Shown: positions 7,589-16,001, counted from the first letter of the stretch. The stretch is DNA of 32,000 bases from Verrucomicrobiaceae bacterium E54 (GCA_022548915.1 JAKZES010000030.1:22207-54206); one strand, 5' to 3'. Translations and numbers: made by a program. The notes: a model not told the origin generated them from the sequence alone.

Positions 7589-9865
7589 TCAGACGAGCTT
7601 GTTCTTCTCCCTCAGCCGCTGGCGCAGGATCTCGGCGACGGAGTTGAGCGTGAAGGTGAGGACGAAGAGGACAAGGGCACCGAGGAACAGGGTCCGGTAG
7701 TGGGTCGAGCCGGGTGCCGCTTCGGGGAGCTCGACGGCGATGTTCGCCGCCAGCGTGCGCATGCCATTCATGATGTTCCACTCGGTCACCGGCGTGTTTC
7801 CGGTCGCCATGACCATGATCATGGTCTCCCCGACCGCGCGGCCGAACCCGATCATGAGCGCGGAGAAGATGCCCGGCGAAGCCACCGGAATGATGATCGA
7901 GCGGACCACCTGCCAACGGCTGGCCCCGAGCGCCGACGACGCCGCGGTCAGGGTCTTGGGAACATTCGAGAGGGCATCCTCCGAAATGGTGAAAATGACG
8001 GGAATCACGGCGAAGCCCATCATGAAGCCGACCACGACGCAGTTCCTCTGGTCGTAGGAAAGACCGGTCGCCTGCGGCCACCAGAGCCGGAAATCGGCGA
8101 TGGCACGCCCCGTCGCGGGGTCCTCGTAAACGAAGGCGAGCCTTTCGAGGAGGGGACCCAGCGACCAGGCCGCCCACGAAACCCCGAGAACGACCGGCAC
8201 CATGACCATCCACTCCCGTCCCCCCTCCAGCCAGCGCCGGACCTGCATCGGCTGGCGGCACCAGATCACACCCATCAGGAGCGCCGCGACCGGCAAGGAC
8301 AGGCAGACCAGAAGGATGGAGGGGATCTTGTCCTCGATGATGGGTGCCAGCCAGATGCCGGCGAGGAATCCCAGCACCACCGAAGGAAGAGAAGCCATGA
8401 TCTCCATCGCCGGCTTGACCACCTTCTTCATGTCGTGGGGAAGGAACGACGCCGAGAACACCGCGGCGAGCAGGGCCACGGGAACCGAGAACAGCAGGGC
8501 GTAGAAGGTGCCCTTCAGCGAGCCGATGATCAGCGGGACCAGGGAAAGCTTGGGCTCGAAGTCGTCGGAGCCTCCGGTCGACTGCCACTGATAGACCGGT
8601 TCCGAGCCACCCTCGTACCAGACCTTTCCGAAGAACGCGGTCCAGCCGGACTCCGGGTGGGGGTCGTCGAAGGTGTAGCGCTGGATCTGTCCTTCGGCAC
8701 CGGCGATGAAGAAGTGCTCGGTTTTTCCGTCGATGGCGGCCGCCACCGGCTCGAAGGATGCCTCGCCCTCCCAGCGGGTCTCGCCGGAGGTCAGGTGGCG
8801 CAGCGAGAGCCGTCCGCCGGCACCGGTGAGGAAGCTCTTGTTGCGCAGGCTCGGCGCGAAGATCGGCAGTCCGGCCCCCACTGGAGCAAACTCCTTGATC
8901 TGGCCGAACAGGCGGTCGACCGAGCCCTCGGGGCGGAACAGGCTGAAGATCTTCTGGTCACCACTGGCATCGGTCATGGCGACCGACACGCCGCCGAAGA
9001 GGTAATCCATCTGCACCGGCGGATCGCCATCGAAGGGCTTGAAGGTCTGCTTCAGGACGGCCTCGCCGCCGTCGATCAAAAAGTAATAAACCGCCCCCGA
9101 CTGCGTCGCGATCAGCGCCTCCTTGCCGTTGTTGGAAGCCACCACCGAACTCACGTCCGAGCCGAGTTGATCCCCAACCGCGGTCTCTCCGGCGCGGGTC
9201 AGCTTTTCACCACCGATGAGCCCCCGCTTCTGCCGGAGTTCGATGAGACTCGTGCCCAGATCCCGGGCGACCACCACGATGCGCCGGCTTCCGCCTTCAC
9301 CGTAGGCAAGCTCCCTGACCGGTCCGGCACCCTCCTCCACCTCGAACCACGGCTCCTCCTCCACCGACGGGACCACCGTGCGCCGCCCTTCCTCATCGAA
9401 CTCCGCGCCGTAGGTGACGACGAACGATCCCACCCGGCCATCCGCCGTGCCGACGGCAATGCGCCGCTTCACCGGATCGGACGAGACCGCCGTGACTTCG
9501 ACGCCCTCGAGCATTGGGACCGGCAGTATCTCGCGAGCGCCGGTCTCGACATCGACAATCGTGATTGCCGACCCGCCCTGATAGAGAAAGGGCTTCTCTC
9601 CCCACTCATCCACACCCAGGGCCAGCGAGTTGCTGTTGGAGTTCTCCGGCCCCGGGGCCTCCATCAAGGCCTCAACCTCGACTTCGGCCTTCGAGAACAG
9701 CGGGATGATCTCCTTGAGAATGAAGAAGAAGATTCCGAAGACTGCCAGAATCACCGCCAGACCGCCCACCCGGATCAGGTGGGTCATCGCCCGATCGAGC
9801 AGCAGGGTGCCCTTGGACACCTCGAATCGCTGGGGATCGGGCTCTGGAGACTTGGTCGGACTCAT
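7589..9865 (-). CDS. pstC: phosphate ABC transporter permease PstC, long form
   Basis: The C-terminal permease core includes SSALGASRWQVVRSIIIPVASPGI. One N-terminal TM (GGLAVILAVFGIFFFIL) is followed by a ~400-aa non-membrane, beta-rich domain. The track start at 9880 is TTG; the ATG at 9865 (MSPTKS) is preferred. Confidence 0.85.
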   Translation of the reverse strand: MSPTKSPEPDPQRFEVSKGTLLLDRAMTHLIRVGGLAVILAVFGIFFFILKEIIPLFSKAEVEVEALMEAPGPENSNSNSLALGVDEWGEKPFLYQGGSAITIVDVETGAREILPVPMLEGVEVTAVSSDPVKRRIAVGTADGRVGSFVVTYGAEFDEEGRRTVVPSVEEEPWFEVEEGAGPVRELAYGEGGSRRIVVVARDLGTSLIELRQKRGLIGGEKLTRAGETAVGDQLGSDVSSVVASNNGKEALIATQSGAVYYFLIDGGEAVLKQTFKPFDGDPPVQMDYLFGGVSVAMTDASGDQKIFSLFRPEGSVDRLFGQIKEFAPVGAGLPIFAPSLRNKSFLTGAGGRLSLRHLTSGETRWEGEASFEPVAAAIDGKTEHFFIAGAEGQIQRYTFDDPHPESGWTAFFGKVWYEGGSEPVYQWQSTGGSDDFEPKLSLVPLIIGSLKGTFYALLFSVPVALLAAVFSASFLPHDMKKVVKPAMEIMASLPSVVLGFLAGIWLAPIIEDKIPSILLVCLSLPVAALLMGVIWCRQPMQVRRWLEGGREWMVMVPVVLGVSWAAWSLGPLLERLAFVYEDPATGRAIADFRLWWPQATGLSYDQRNCVVVGFMMGFAVIPVIFTISEDALSNVPKTLTAASSALGASRWQVVRSIIIPVASPGIFSALMIGFGRAVGETMIMVMATGNTPVTEWNIMNGMRTLAANIAVELPEAAPGSTHYRTLFLGALVLFVLTFTLNSVAEILRQRLREKNKLV

Positions 9866-9913
9866 CGCGGGTCGCGGCAATCAAGGGAAGAGCCCGCCGC
9901 GGGGCAATCCCAC

Positions 9914-9929
9914 CCAGGTGACAACCTGG
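9914..9929 (-). other. short hairpin in the pstS-pstC intergenic spacer
   Basis: CCAGGT-GACA-ACCTGG gives a perfect 6-bp stem with a 4-nt loop. It lies between the pstS stop (9974) and the pstC start. It could modulate the pstS:pstCAB transcript ratio. There is no U-run. Confidence 0.3.
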
Positions 9930-9973
9930 TCGCGGTCTTGCTGCCCACGGACGGGCTCGGGGTCAATCCGTGA

Positions 9974-10933
9974 TTATTTCGAGAGGGAGGTGACGACCTC
10001 CTCGGCCAGCTCCGCCGGCATCGGGAAGTAGCCGTCCTTCTCCACGATCGCCTGGCCTTCCTTGGAAAGGACGAACTTGAGGAACTCGAGCGGGGCCTTT
10101 GGCAGCGGCTCGCCCGGCTTCTTGTTCACATACACGAGGAGGAAGCGCGCCAGCGGGTAGTCACCGGAAAGCGCGTGTTCGTAGGTCGCGTCGTAGAACT
10201 CACCGCCCTCGGTGGAAAGCGGCACGGTGCGCACCCCCGAGGTCTTGTAGCCGATGCCCGAGTAGCCGAGCGCGTAGAGGTCGCCACCCACGCCCTGGAC
10301 CACCGCCGAGGATCCCGGCTGCTCCTTCACGGTCGCCTTGTAGTCGCCCTTGCCGAGCACGTGCTCCTGAAAGAATCCGTAGGTGCCGGAGGCGGAATTG
10401 CGGCCATAGAGGGAGATCGAGCGTCCCTTCCAGGCATCGAGGCCGAGCTGGCCCCACTCCTTGATGTCCTCGCCGCCCAGCTTGCGGGTGCTCGAGAAGA
10501 TGCCGTCGACCTGCTTGAGGCTGAGACCCTTGATCGGGTTGTCCTTGTGGGCGAACACCGCGAGCGCGTCGATGGCGACCCTCACCTCGGTCGGCTTGTA
10601 GCCGAACTTCTTTTCGAAGGCATCGATCTCCTCCGCCTTCATCGGGCGGCTCATCGGACCGAACTGCGAGGTGCCTTCCATCAAGGCCGGGGGCGCCGTG
10701 GATGAACCCTTGCCCTCGATCGAGATCGTGACGTTCGGGTAGGCCTTTTTGAAGCCCTCGGCCCAGAAGGTCATCAGGTTGTTGAGCGTGTCAGACCCGA
10801 CCGATGTCAGACTGCCGGCCACGCCCGACACGGGCTCGTAGACGGCGAGATCGGGGTCGAGATGCGACTCCGCGGCGGTGGCGGTGGCGGTGGCGAGACT
10901 TGCGGCGAGGATGCCGGTAGCAATGGATTTCAT
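9974..10933 (-). CDS. pstS: phosphate ABC transporter substrate-binding protein PstS
   Basis: Has a signal peptide (MKSIATGILAASLATATATAAE) and a PstS-family PBP body (GSDTLNNLM, GSSTAPPAL, SGTYGFF). The true ATG is at 10933. The track ORF reaching 11161 is an upstream in-frame extension that overlaps the porin gene. Confidence 0.9.
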   Translation of the reverse strand: MKSIATGILAASLATATATAAESHLDPDLAVYEPVSGVAGSLTSVGSDTLNNLMTFWAEGFKKAYPNVTISIEGKGSSTAPPALMEGTSQFGPMSRPMKAEEIDAFEKKFGYKPTEVRVAIDALAVFAHKDNPIKGLSLKQVDGIFSSTRKLGGEDIKEWGQLGLDAWKGRSISLYGRNSASGTYGFFQEHVLGKGDYKATVKEQPGSSAVVQGVGGDLYALGYSGIGYKTSGVRTVPLSTEGGEFYDATYEHALSGDYPLARFLLVYVNKKPGEPLPKAPLEFLKFVLSKEGQAIVEKDGYFPMPAELAEEVVTSLSK

Positions 10934-10968
10934 GTGCTTGTGGTAACTAGTGATGTCGTGTTTGAGGT

Positions 10969-11024
10969 GCGCGGGTAGGCGCGGAAGAGAGATGGGAAAT
11001 GATGCTGCTCTTGCCCACCCGCGC
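10969..11024. repeat. 12-bp inverted repeat in the pstS leader/promoter region
   Basis: GCGCGGGTAGGC (10969-10980) and GCCCACCCGCGC (11013-11024) are complementary at 11 of 12 positions and are separated by 32 nt. The repeat lies 36-91 bp upstream of the pstS ATG. Confidence 0.4.
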
Positions 11025-11027
11025 TTG

Positions 11028-11043
11028 GTGACGGAGCCGTCAC
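11028..11043. promoter_or_regulatory. palindromic candidate operator GTGAC-N6-GTCAC upstream of pstS
   Basis: The sequence GGTGACggagccGTCACT is a perfect 5+5 palindrome. The same architecture occurs at 12481-12498 and 12582-12599. A GTCACCCGG element follows at 11073-11081. Confidence 0.4.
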
Positions 11044-11133
11044 TCAGAGGGCGGGCGGACCCTGTCGAACCCGTCACCCGGCGGTTCCGCGCGATGCGCG
11101 GCGCGGCCGCCGGGATGGGGCTCGCAGGCGGGA

Positions 11134-12405
11134 TCAGAAATAGCTGCGGAAGGCGAACCATGCCGTGAGAGCATCGGCCTCGCCGGTCGTACCCACTTGC
11201 GGGGCATTCAGCCAGTCATACTCAAGTCCGGCCTGGACCTTGAGATTGTGACCGCAGAGCAACCAGTTGACTCCGGCGTAGAGCGTCTGGTGCGTGTCGC
11301 CACGACCGCCGGCAACGTTGACGGTCGGTCCGTGGTTGCGGCGGAAGTAGCGGCTGTAGGTGCGGATGCCCTGCCGCTCCGAAGAACCCTGGTATTGGTA
11401 GCGGACCACGAACTGGACCTTGTCCTCGACCACCCAGTAGTAGGGCATGATGACCGCCCCCCAGAAGTTCCCCTGGCGATTCCGGTTCCCCTGGCCGTTC
11501 CGCAAGTCCCCGTTGTCGCCCAGGTAGTAGTCGGTATTGACCCCCCACCGGCCCTGTGAGTAGGCGGCGGTGAAGACGGTGGCCCAGTTGTAGGCAAACA
11601 AGCTGTCCTCCCCGCTGGTCACGTCCGCATCATTGTAGATGAAGTCCCAGTAAAAGGACCACTCATCGGTGGGCGAGTATCCAAGGCCGAGATAAAAGGC
11701 CAGGCCATCGTTCCATCCACCCAGCATCTCGACATTGCCACCGGTCACGCTGGCATCGGTGCTGTAGATCCGGGCCACCATCTCCCACGGACCGCGTGTC
11801 GCCTCGAGGCCAAGGCCGGTCACCCGGTAGCTGTTGAAGACCTTGTTGGCGATGCTGGACCGCTCGACCGTCAGCAATTTCTTGGAAGACTCCCGGGCCT
11901 CGGATCCGAGCACGAACTTGAAGCGGCCGTAGGCGATGTCGAGCGAGTCCAATCCGTCGATACCGAAGGCCTTCTTGGCATTGAAGATCAGAAGGGCCTC
12001 GTCGAAGTCCTCGTAACCCCACCCGAGCGAACCGCCCGAGGGGCGTTGGTCGCTCACCACGTTCACGTTCGCCTTCAACTGGAAATACTGCAGAAACTTC
12101 AGCGACGCTCCGAGTCGGGCACGCCGGAACTCCGTGTAGTCGTCTCCGAACTCGTAGCCATTGACATCATCACCCCAGATGTAGGCCGCCTGCCATTGAA
12201 GCCGACCGAAGACGCCGAACTCCTGGATGAACGGATTCTCCGGATTTTTGTAGAGTGTGCCGGGCTTGTTCGAAAGCCACTCGCACCAGTCCCCCTGATT
12301 GATGGATTCCAAAATCGAGGACTCGGACTGCGCGGTCTCAGCGTGAGCGGTTCCGATCATCACGACCGGAAGGGCGATCCGCAGGGCATGGGTCAGTTGT
12401 TTCAT
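11134..12405 (-). CDS. phosphate-selective porin O/P family outer-membrane protein
   Basis: Has a signal peptide (MKQLTHALRIALPVVMIGTAHA), a beta-rich aromatic-alternating sequence and a C-terminal ...AFRSYF. It sits directly upstream of pstS on the same strand. ATG at 12405; the track start at 12465 is an extension. Confidence 0.7.
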   Translation of the reverse strand: MKQLTHALRIALPVVMIGTAHAETAQSESSILESINQGDWCEWLSNKPGTLYKNPENPFIQEFGVFGRLQWQAAYIWGDDVNGYEFGDDYTEFRRARLGASLKFLQYFQLKANVNVVSDQRPSGGSLGWGYEDFDEALLIFNAKKAFGIDGLDSLDIAYGRFKFVLGSEARESSKKLLTVERSSIANKVFNSYRVTGLGLEATRGPWEMVARIYSTDASVTGGNVEMLGGWNDGLAFYLGLGYSPTDEWSFYWDFIYNDADVTSGEDSLFAYNWATVFTAAYSQGRWGVNTDYYLGDNGDLRNGQGNRNRQGNFWGAVIMPYYWVVEDKVQFVVRYQYQGSSERQGIRTYSRYFRRNHGPTVNVAGGRGDTHQTLYAGVNWLLCGHNLKVQAGLEYDWLNAPQVGTTGEADALTAWFAFRSYF

Positions 12406-12460
12406 GTTGGTTTCAGGTTTGGTCCCCAAAAAGGACGAGGCGGATCTATCTGACGGTTCC

Positions 12461-12469
12461 GTCACCCGG
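12461..12469. promoter_or_regulatory. GTCACCCGG element (second copy)
   Basis: This 9-mer is identical to the one at 11073-11081 upstream of pstS. Here it is followed by AATTCCCG. Confidence 0.3.
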
Positions 12470-12480
12470 AATTCCCGATA

Positions 12481-12498
12481 TGTGACATTCCCGTCACA
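12481..12498. promoter_or_regulatory. palindromic candidate operator TGTGAC-N6-GTCACA
   Basis: aTGTGACattcccGTCACAt is a perfect 7+7 palindrome when the flanking bases are included (12480-12499). It lies 76 bp upstream of the porin ATG, inside the divergent region. Confidence 0.45.
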
Positions 12499-12581
12499 TT
12501 CTCAGGATTCCGCCGCCTCCCCTCGAACCCATTGGTTTTGAGGGCCTCAGGCGCGGCGCGTCCCGGAGGTCCTGGGGCCAT

Positions 12582-12599
12582 TGTGACAGAGTCTTCACA
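12582..12599. promoter_or_regulatory. palindromic candidate operator TGTGAC-N6-TTCACA
   Basis: TGTGACagagtcTTCACA has the same spacing as the 12481 site with one half-site mismatch. It lies in the porin/RND divergent region. Confidence 0.35.
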
Positions 12600-12807
12600 C
12601 AGGCGAGCCAGTGTGCCGGAGGCGATCCGAGAAGTCGCCCAAGCCGGGAGAAACCTTGGCCTTCCCCGGCGTGCGTGTGGGCCGCGCCGAACCCACATCA
12701 TGAAACGCCCCGCAGCCCTTGAATCTCCGGGAACCGAAAGAATTTGTCGGCCGACTGGAACTCGGTGGACAACTCGGGTCGATTCACAAAAGCTCCCAGC
12801 GCGTCTC

Positions 12808-14253
12808 ATGAGTTCCTTCCGTCTCAAGCTCCGGTTCACCGCGTCCCCCGCCCTCGCCCTGCTGATGACCAGCTGCATGCTCGTCGGCCGCAACTACACC
12901 TCGCCGTCTGCCATCACGCCGGACTCCTGGAATCAGAGTCTGAGCGCGGACCTGAACTCCGGATCGTCCAGCCTGGAGAAATGGTGGACGCGCTTCAACG
13001 ACCCGACCCTCAACCGCCTTATCAAGACGGCCAGGGAATCGAACCGGGATCTCGCCATCGCCTACGAGCGGATCAACCAGGCCAGGGCCGCCCGCGGAGT
13101 CGCCCGCAGCCAGCTGTTTCCCCAACTCGATTTCAATGGCGGGGTCAGCCGCAACCGGATCAGCGAGAACATCGGCAACCCGGGCGGCGGGAAGACCAGC
13201 GACTTCTGGACGACGGGCATCGATGCCGGATGGGAGCTCGACTTCTTCGGCGGGGTCCGCCGCGCCGTCGAGTCGGCCGACGCCTCGGTGGAGGGAACCG
13301 AGGAACTCTACCGCGACACCATGGTCAGCCTCTTGGCCGAGGTCGCCTTCGCCTACATCCAGATCCGGACCCTCGACGAGCGGATCCGCCTCGCGAGCCG
13401 CAACATCAAGAATCAGGCCGACTCGGTGCAGCTCACGCAGGACCGGGCCGATGCCGGCCTCGCCCCGGATCTCGACGTCTCCCAGGCCCAGACCAACCTG
13501 GCCACCACCGAGGCGGCCATTCCATCCCTTCGAAATCAACGCGACATCGCCCTCAACCGGCTCGCGGTGCTCATCGGGCGGTATCCCAGCGCCGCCGAGT
13601 CCTTCATCGGCAGCGCGAAGGGCATCCCCACGCCCAACAAGTCCGCCAGCGTCGGCATTCCGTCCGACCTCGTGCGCTCGCGCCCGGACATCCGCGCCGC
13701 CGAGCGCAACCTCGCCGCGCAGACGGCCCGGATCGGCGTCGCCGAGGCCGATCTATTCCCGCGCTTCACGCTCTCGGGAACTTTCCAGCTCCAGTCGCTC
13801 GCTTTTTCCAGCCTGCCCGAGTCCAACTCCCGAAACTACGCCTTCGGGCCGACCTTTCGCTGGAACATCTTCAACGCCGGACGCATCAAGAGCCAGATTG
13901 CCATCGAGGAGTCACTCACCAAGCAAGCCTACCTGAACTACGAAAACACGGTCCTCAAGGGCGTCGCCGAGGTCGAGGACGCCCTCTCGTCGGTCCGCAA
14001 CGAGCGCGACCGCTACGACGCCCTCGACAAGGCCGTCACCGCCACGGAAAAGACCGTCGAACTGGTGAAGTCGAACTACAAGGAGGGCCTGACGGACTTC
14101 CAGAACGTGCTCGACGCCGAGCGCACGATTTTCGCCAACGAGGACGCGCTCGCCGTTTCGCAGGGCCAGATTGCGGCCGCCTACGTGTCGCTGTTCAAGG
14201 CGCTCGGCGGTGGCACCCGCATGCGATCCGCCAAGTCCGCCGAAACCCCGTAA
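12808..14253 (+). CDS. RND efflux outer-membrane factor lipoprotein (NodT/OprM family)
   Basis: Has the lipobox ALALLMTSC and then a typical OMF sequence (WWTRFNDPTLNRLI, two TolC-like repeats, LFKALGGG near the C-terminus). ATG at 12808; the track start at 12532 (TTG) is an extension. Confidence 0.85.
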   Translation: MSSFRLKLRFTASPALALLMTSCMLVGRNYTSPSAITPDSWNQSLSADLNSGSSSLEKWWTRFNDPTLNRLIKTARESNRDLAIAYERINQARAARGVARSQLFPQLDFNGGVSRNRISENIGNPGGGKTSDFWTTGIDAGWELDFFGGVRRAVESADASVEGTEELYRDTMVSLLAEVAFAYIQIRTLDERIRLASRNIKNQADSVQLTQDRADAGLAPDLDVSQAQTNLATTEAAIPSLRNQRDIALNRLAVLIGRYPSAAESFIGSAKGIPTPNKSASVGIPSDLVRSRPDIRAAERNLAAQTARIGVAEADLFPRFTLSGTFQLQSLAFSSLPESNSRNYAFGPTFRWNIFNAGRIKSQIAIEESLTKQAYLNYENTVLKGVAEVEDALSSVRNERDRYDALDKAVTATEKTVELVKSNYKEGLTDFQNVLDAERTIFANEDALAVSQGQIAAAYVSLFKALGGGTRMRSAKSAETP

Positions 14254-14266
14254 GCCCCGGCTCCGC

Positions 14267-14313
14267 GTCGAAGGTCCGAAAGTCAAAGGCCTGAAAGCCC
14301 GAACTGACAAAGC
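14267..14313. repeat. purine-rich ~8-bp periodic array (GAAAG units)
   Basis: The sequence gtcGAAGGtccGAAAGtcAAAGGcctGAAAGcccgaactgacAAAGcg is the inverted counterpart of the array at 14348-14390. Confidence 0.5.
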
Positions 14314-14347
14314 GCCCTTTCCCGCAACCACCCGGCCCGAACCAAGA

Positions 14348-14390
14348 GACCTTCGACCTTCCGACTTTCAGACTTTCCGACCGCCTTTCC
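14348..14390. repeat. pyrimidine-rich ~8-bp periodic array (GACTTTCN units) abutting the MFP start codon
   Basis: The sequence is GACCTTC GACCTTCC GACTTTCA GACTTTCC GACCGCCTTTCC, followed by caccATG. GGTCCGAAAGTC (14273-14284) pairs with GACTTTCCGACC (14371-14382) at 11 of 12 positions. Confidence 0.5.
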
Positions 14391-14394
14391 CACC

Positions 14395-15594
14395 ATGAAA
14401 CGCCTCGTCCTCATCCTTCCCCTGCTCCTGCTCGCCGGCTGCGGCAAGAAAGCCGAAGCCCCGACCCCGCAACCGCTCCCGGTCACCGTCGCCCCGCCGT
14501 CGAAGCGCGAGGTGGTCGTTTACCGCGAGTTTCCATCGACCCTCGTCGGTGCCCAGGAAATCGAGATCCGGGCCCGGGTCCGCGGGACGCTTTCGCTGGC
14601 TGCCGATGTGCCGGACTTCGCCGGCAAGCGTGTCCAGAAGGGCGCCCCGCTCTTCGTCATCGAGCCCGAGCCGTACGAGCAGCAGTCGCTCGCCGCCCAG
14701 GCTGCCGTCGACCGGGCCGTGGCGGCCCGCGACCTCGCCAGGAAACGCTACGAGAGGGTCCAGCGCGCGGCACAGACCAATGCCGTGTCGGAGATCGACG
14801 TCGAGATCGCAGCCGCTGAACTCGCCGAGACGGAGGCCGCCATTTCCCAGGCCGAGGCCTCCCTCGAGGAAGCCAAGATCAACGAAGGCTACACCGCCAT
14901 CGAAGCGCCCATCTCGGGTCGCATGTCCCGACTTATGGTCGACCCGGGCAACCTGGTCGGTGCCACCGATTCGACCCTCCTCGCCACCATCATCGACGAC
15001 TCCGAGATCCTCGCCTACTTCGAGGTGCCGGAGCGGGAGGCCCTCCGCTACTTCGAACTGCGGGACAGCGGGGCTGCGGAAAAGGTCTATCAGAAAGAAA
15101 TCCGGCTGAAGCTCGCCGACGGCAGCATCCACGCCCAAACCGGTCGCATCGACTACATCGAGAACAAGGTCGATCCCGCGACCCGCACGGTGAAGGTCCG
15201 CGCGGTCTTTCCCAATGAATCGGGCGCCCTCAACTCGGGAATCTACGGGTTGATCGGCTATCCGGCCGGCCCTGATCCGACCAATCCCACCGCCACGGAA
15301 GCCCTGCTCGTTCCCTCCGCCGCCATTCTCCGCGATCTTGGCGGCAACTACGTCTGGGTCGTCGATGAAGACAACATCGTCCGCCGACGCCCGGTCGACG
15401 CTGGCGATGCCGTGGAGAAACCGGTGACCGACCCCAACATGCCGCGGACCCTGGAAACCGTGGTGACCAAGGGCCTCGATGGGACCGAGAAGGTCATCAT
15501 CTCCGGCCTCCAACGAGCCCGAGAAGGCGCCCCGGTGACCCCGGTCCCGGCGGAACCCATCCCGAAGGCCGAACCGCCGTCCACCGATCGCTGA
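14395..15594 (+). CDS. RND efflux periplasmic adaptor (membrane fusion protein), lipoprotein
   Basis: Has the lipobox LLLAGCG. HlyD/AcrA-like features are present: an alpha-hairpin heptads region (AQAAVDRAVAARDLARKRYERVQ...), IEAPISGR and a barrel-sandwich domain. Confidence 0.85.
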   Translation: MKRLVLILPLLLLAGCGKKAEAPTPQPLPVTVAPPSKREVVVYREFPSTLVGAQEIEIRARVRGTLSLAADVPDFAGKRVQKGAPLFVIEPEPYEQQSLAAQAAVDRAVAARDLARKRYERVQRAAQTNAVSEIDVEIAAAELAETEAAISQAEASLEEAKINEGYTAIEAPISGRMSRLMVDPGNLVGATDSTLLATIIDDSEILAYFEVPEREALRYFELRDSGAAEKVYQKEIRLKLADGSIHAQTGRIDYIENKVDPATRTVKVRAVFPNESGALNSGIYGLIGYPAGPDPTNPTATEALLVPSAAILRDLGGNYVWVVDEDNIVRRRPVDAGDAVEKPVTDPNMPRTLETVVTKGLDGTEKVIISGLQRAREGAPVTPVPAEPIPKAEPPSTDR

Positions 15595-15614
15595 TCACTG
15601 CTCATTTCCTCCCG

Positions 15615-16001
15615 ATGTTCAGTCACGAAAGACTCGACGTGTATCGGAAAGCGCTGGAGTTCATCGAGTGGCTCGCCCCACTGCTTTCTCGACTCGCAGA
15701 GGCACCCACACCGACGGGCGAACTAAGGAGCCAGCTTGACCGCGCAAGCCTTTCCATCCTGCTCAACATTGCCGAGGGAAACGGAAAGCGTAAGCCAGCA
15801 CTCCGGGCGAGGTTCTTCGATGATGCCCGGGGCTCCGGCACCGAGTGCGCTGCGTGTCTTGATGCCGCCGTTGCCAAAGGGCTCTGCAATCCCTCCGAAG
15901 TGCGTCCGGGAAAGTCCCATCTCGACCGAATCGTGGCAATGCTGACCAAGCTCATCGCCCTGAACGACTCCGTTTCCGCTCCTCCAAAATCCCCATCGTA
16001 A
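15615..16001 (+). CDS. four-helix-bundle protein (23S rRNA intervening-sequence protein family, TIGR02436-like)
   Basis: The 128-aa product carries the hallmarks of this family: RLDVYRKALEF...SILLNIAEGNGKR...F...ARGSGTECAACLD. By eye, GC and third-position bias are lower than in the flanking efflux genes. Confidence 0.75.
   Translation: MFSHERLDVYRKALEFIEWLAPLLSRLAEAPTPTGELRSQLDRASLSILLNIAEGNGKRKPALRARFFDDARGSGTECAACLDAAVAKGLCNPSEVRPGKSHLDRIVAMLTKLIALNDSVSAPPKSPS

Noticed and set aside
7496-9973. 825-aa plus-strand ORF opposite pstC, and the similar 6100..7647, 5051..6082 and 4365..5204 ORFs opposite pstA and pstB
   Set aside because: These are Arg/Gly/His/Asp-rich nonsense translations with no motifs. 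The minus strand carries complete pst genes with canonical ABC motifs.
11086-11100. Hairpin CCGCGC-GAT-GCGCGG downstream of the porin gene, considered as a terminator
   Set aside because: The loop is only 3 nt and no U-tract follows on the minus strand. Such GC palindromes are common in this composition.
10934-11161. N-terminal extensions of track ORFs: pstS to 11161, porin to 12465, OMF from 12532, gatB from 24022, toroid protein from 26676, der from 28799, TIM barrel from 1564
   Set aside because: The extensions are Pro/Arg-rich, overlap neighbouring genes or repeats, and precede obvious signal peptides or conserved N-termini that begin at internal ATG codons.
12481-12599. CRP/FNR-type binding sites (TGTGA...TCACA)
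   Set aside because: The spacing between TGTGA and TCACA is 8 nt, not the canonical 6. The sites are kept only as generic palindromic operator candidates and are not assigned to CRP.
10934-12807. Canonical E. coli-type Pho boxes (CTGTCAT-N4-CTGTCAT direct repeats)
   Set aside because: No convincing tandem direct repeat with 11-bp phasing was seen by eye. This cannot be excluded without a matrix scan.
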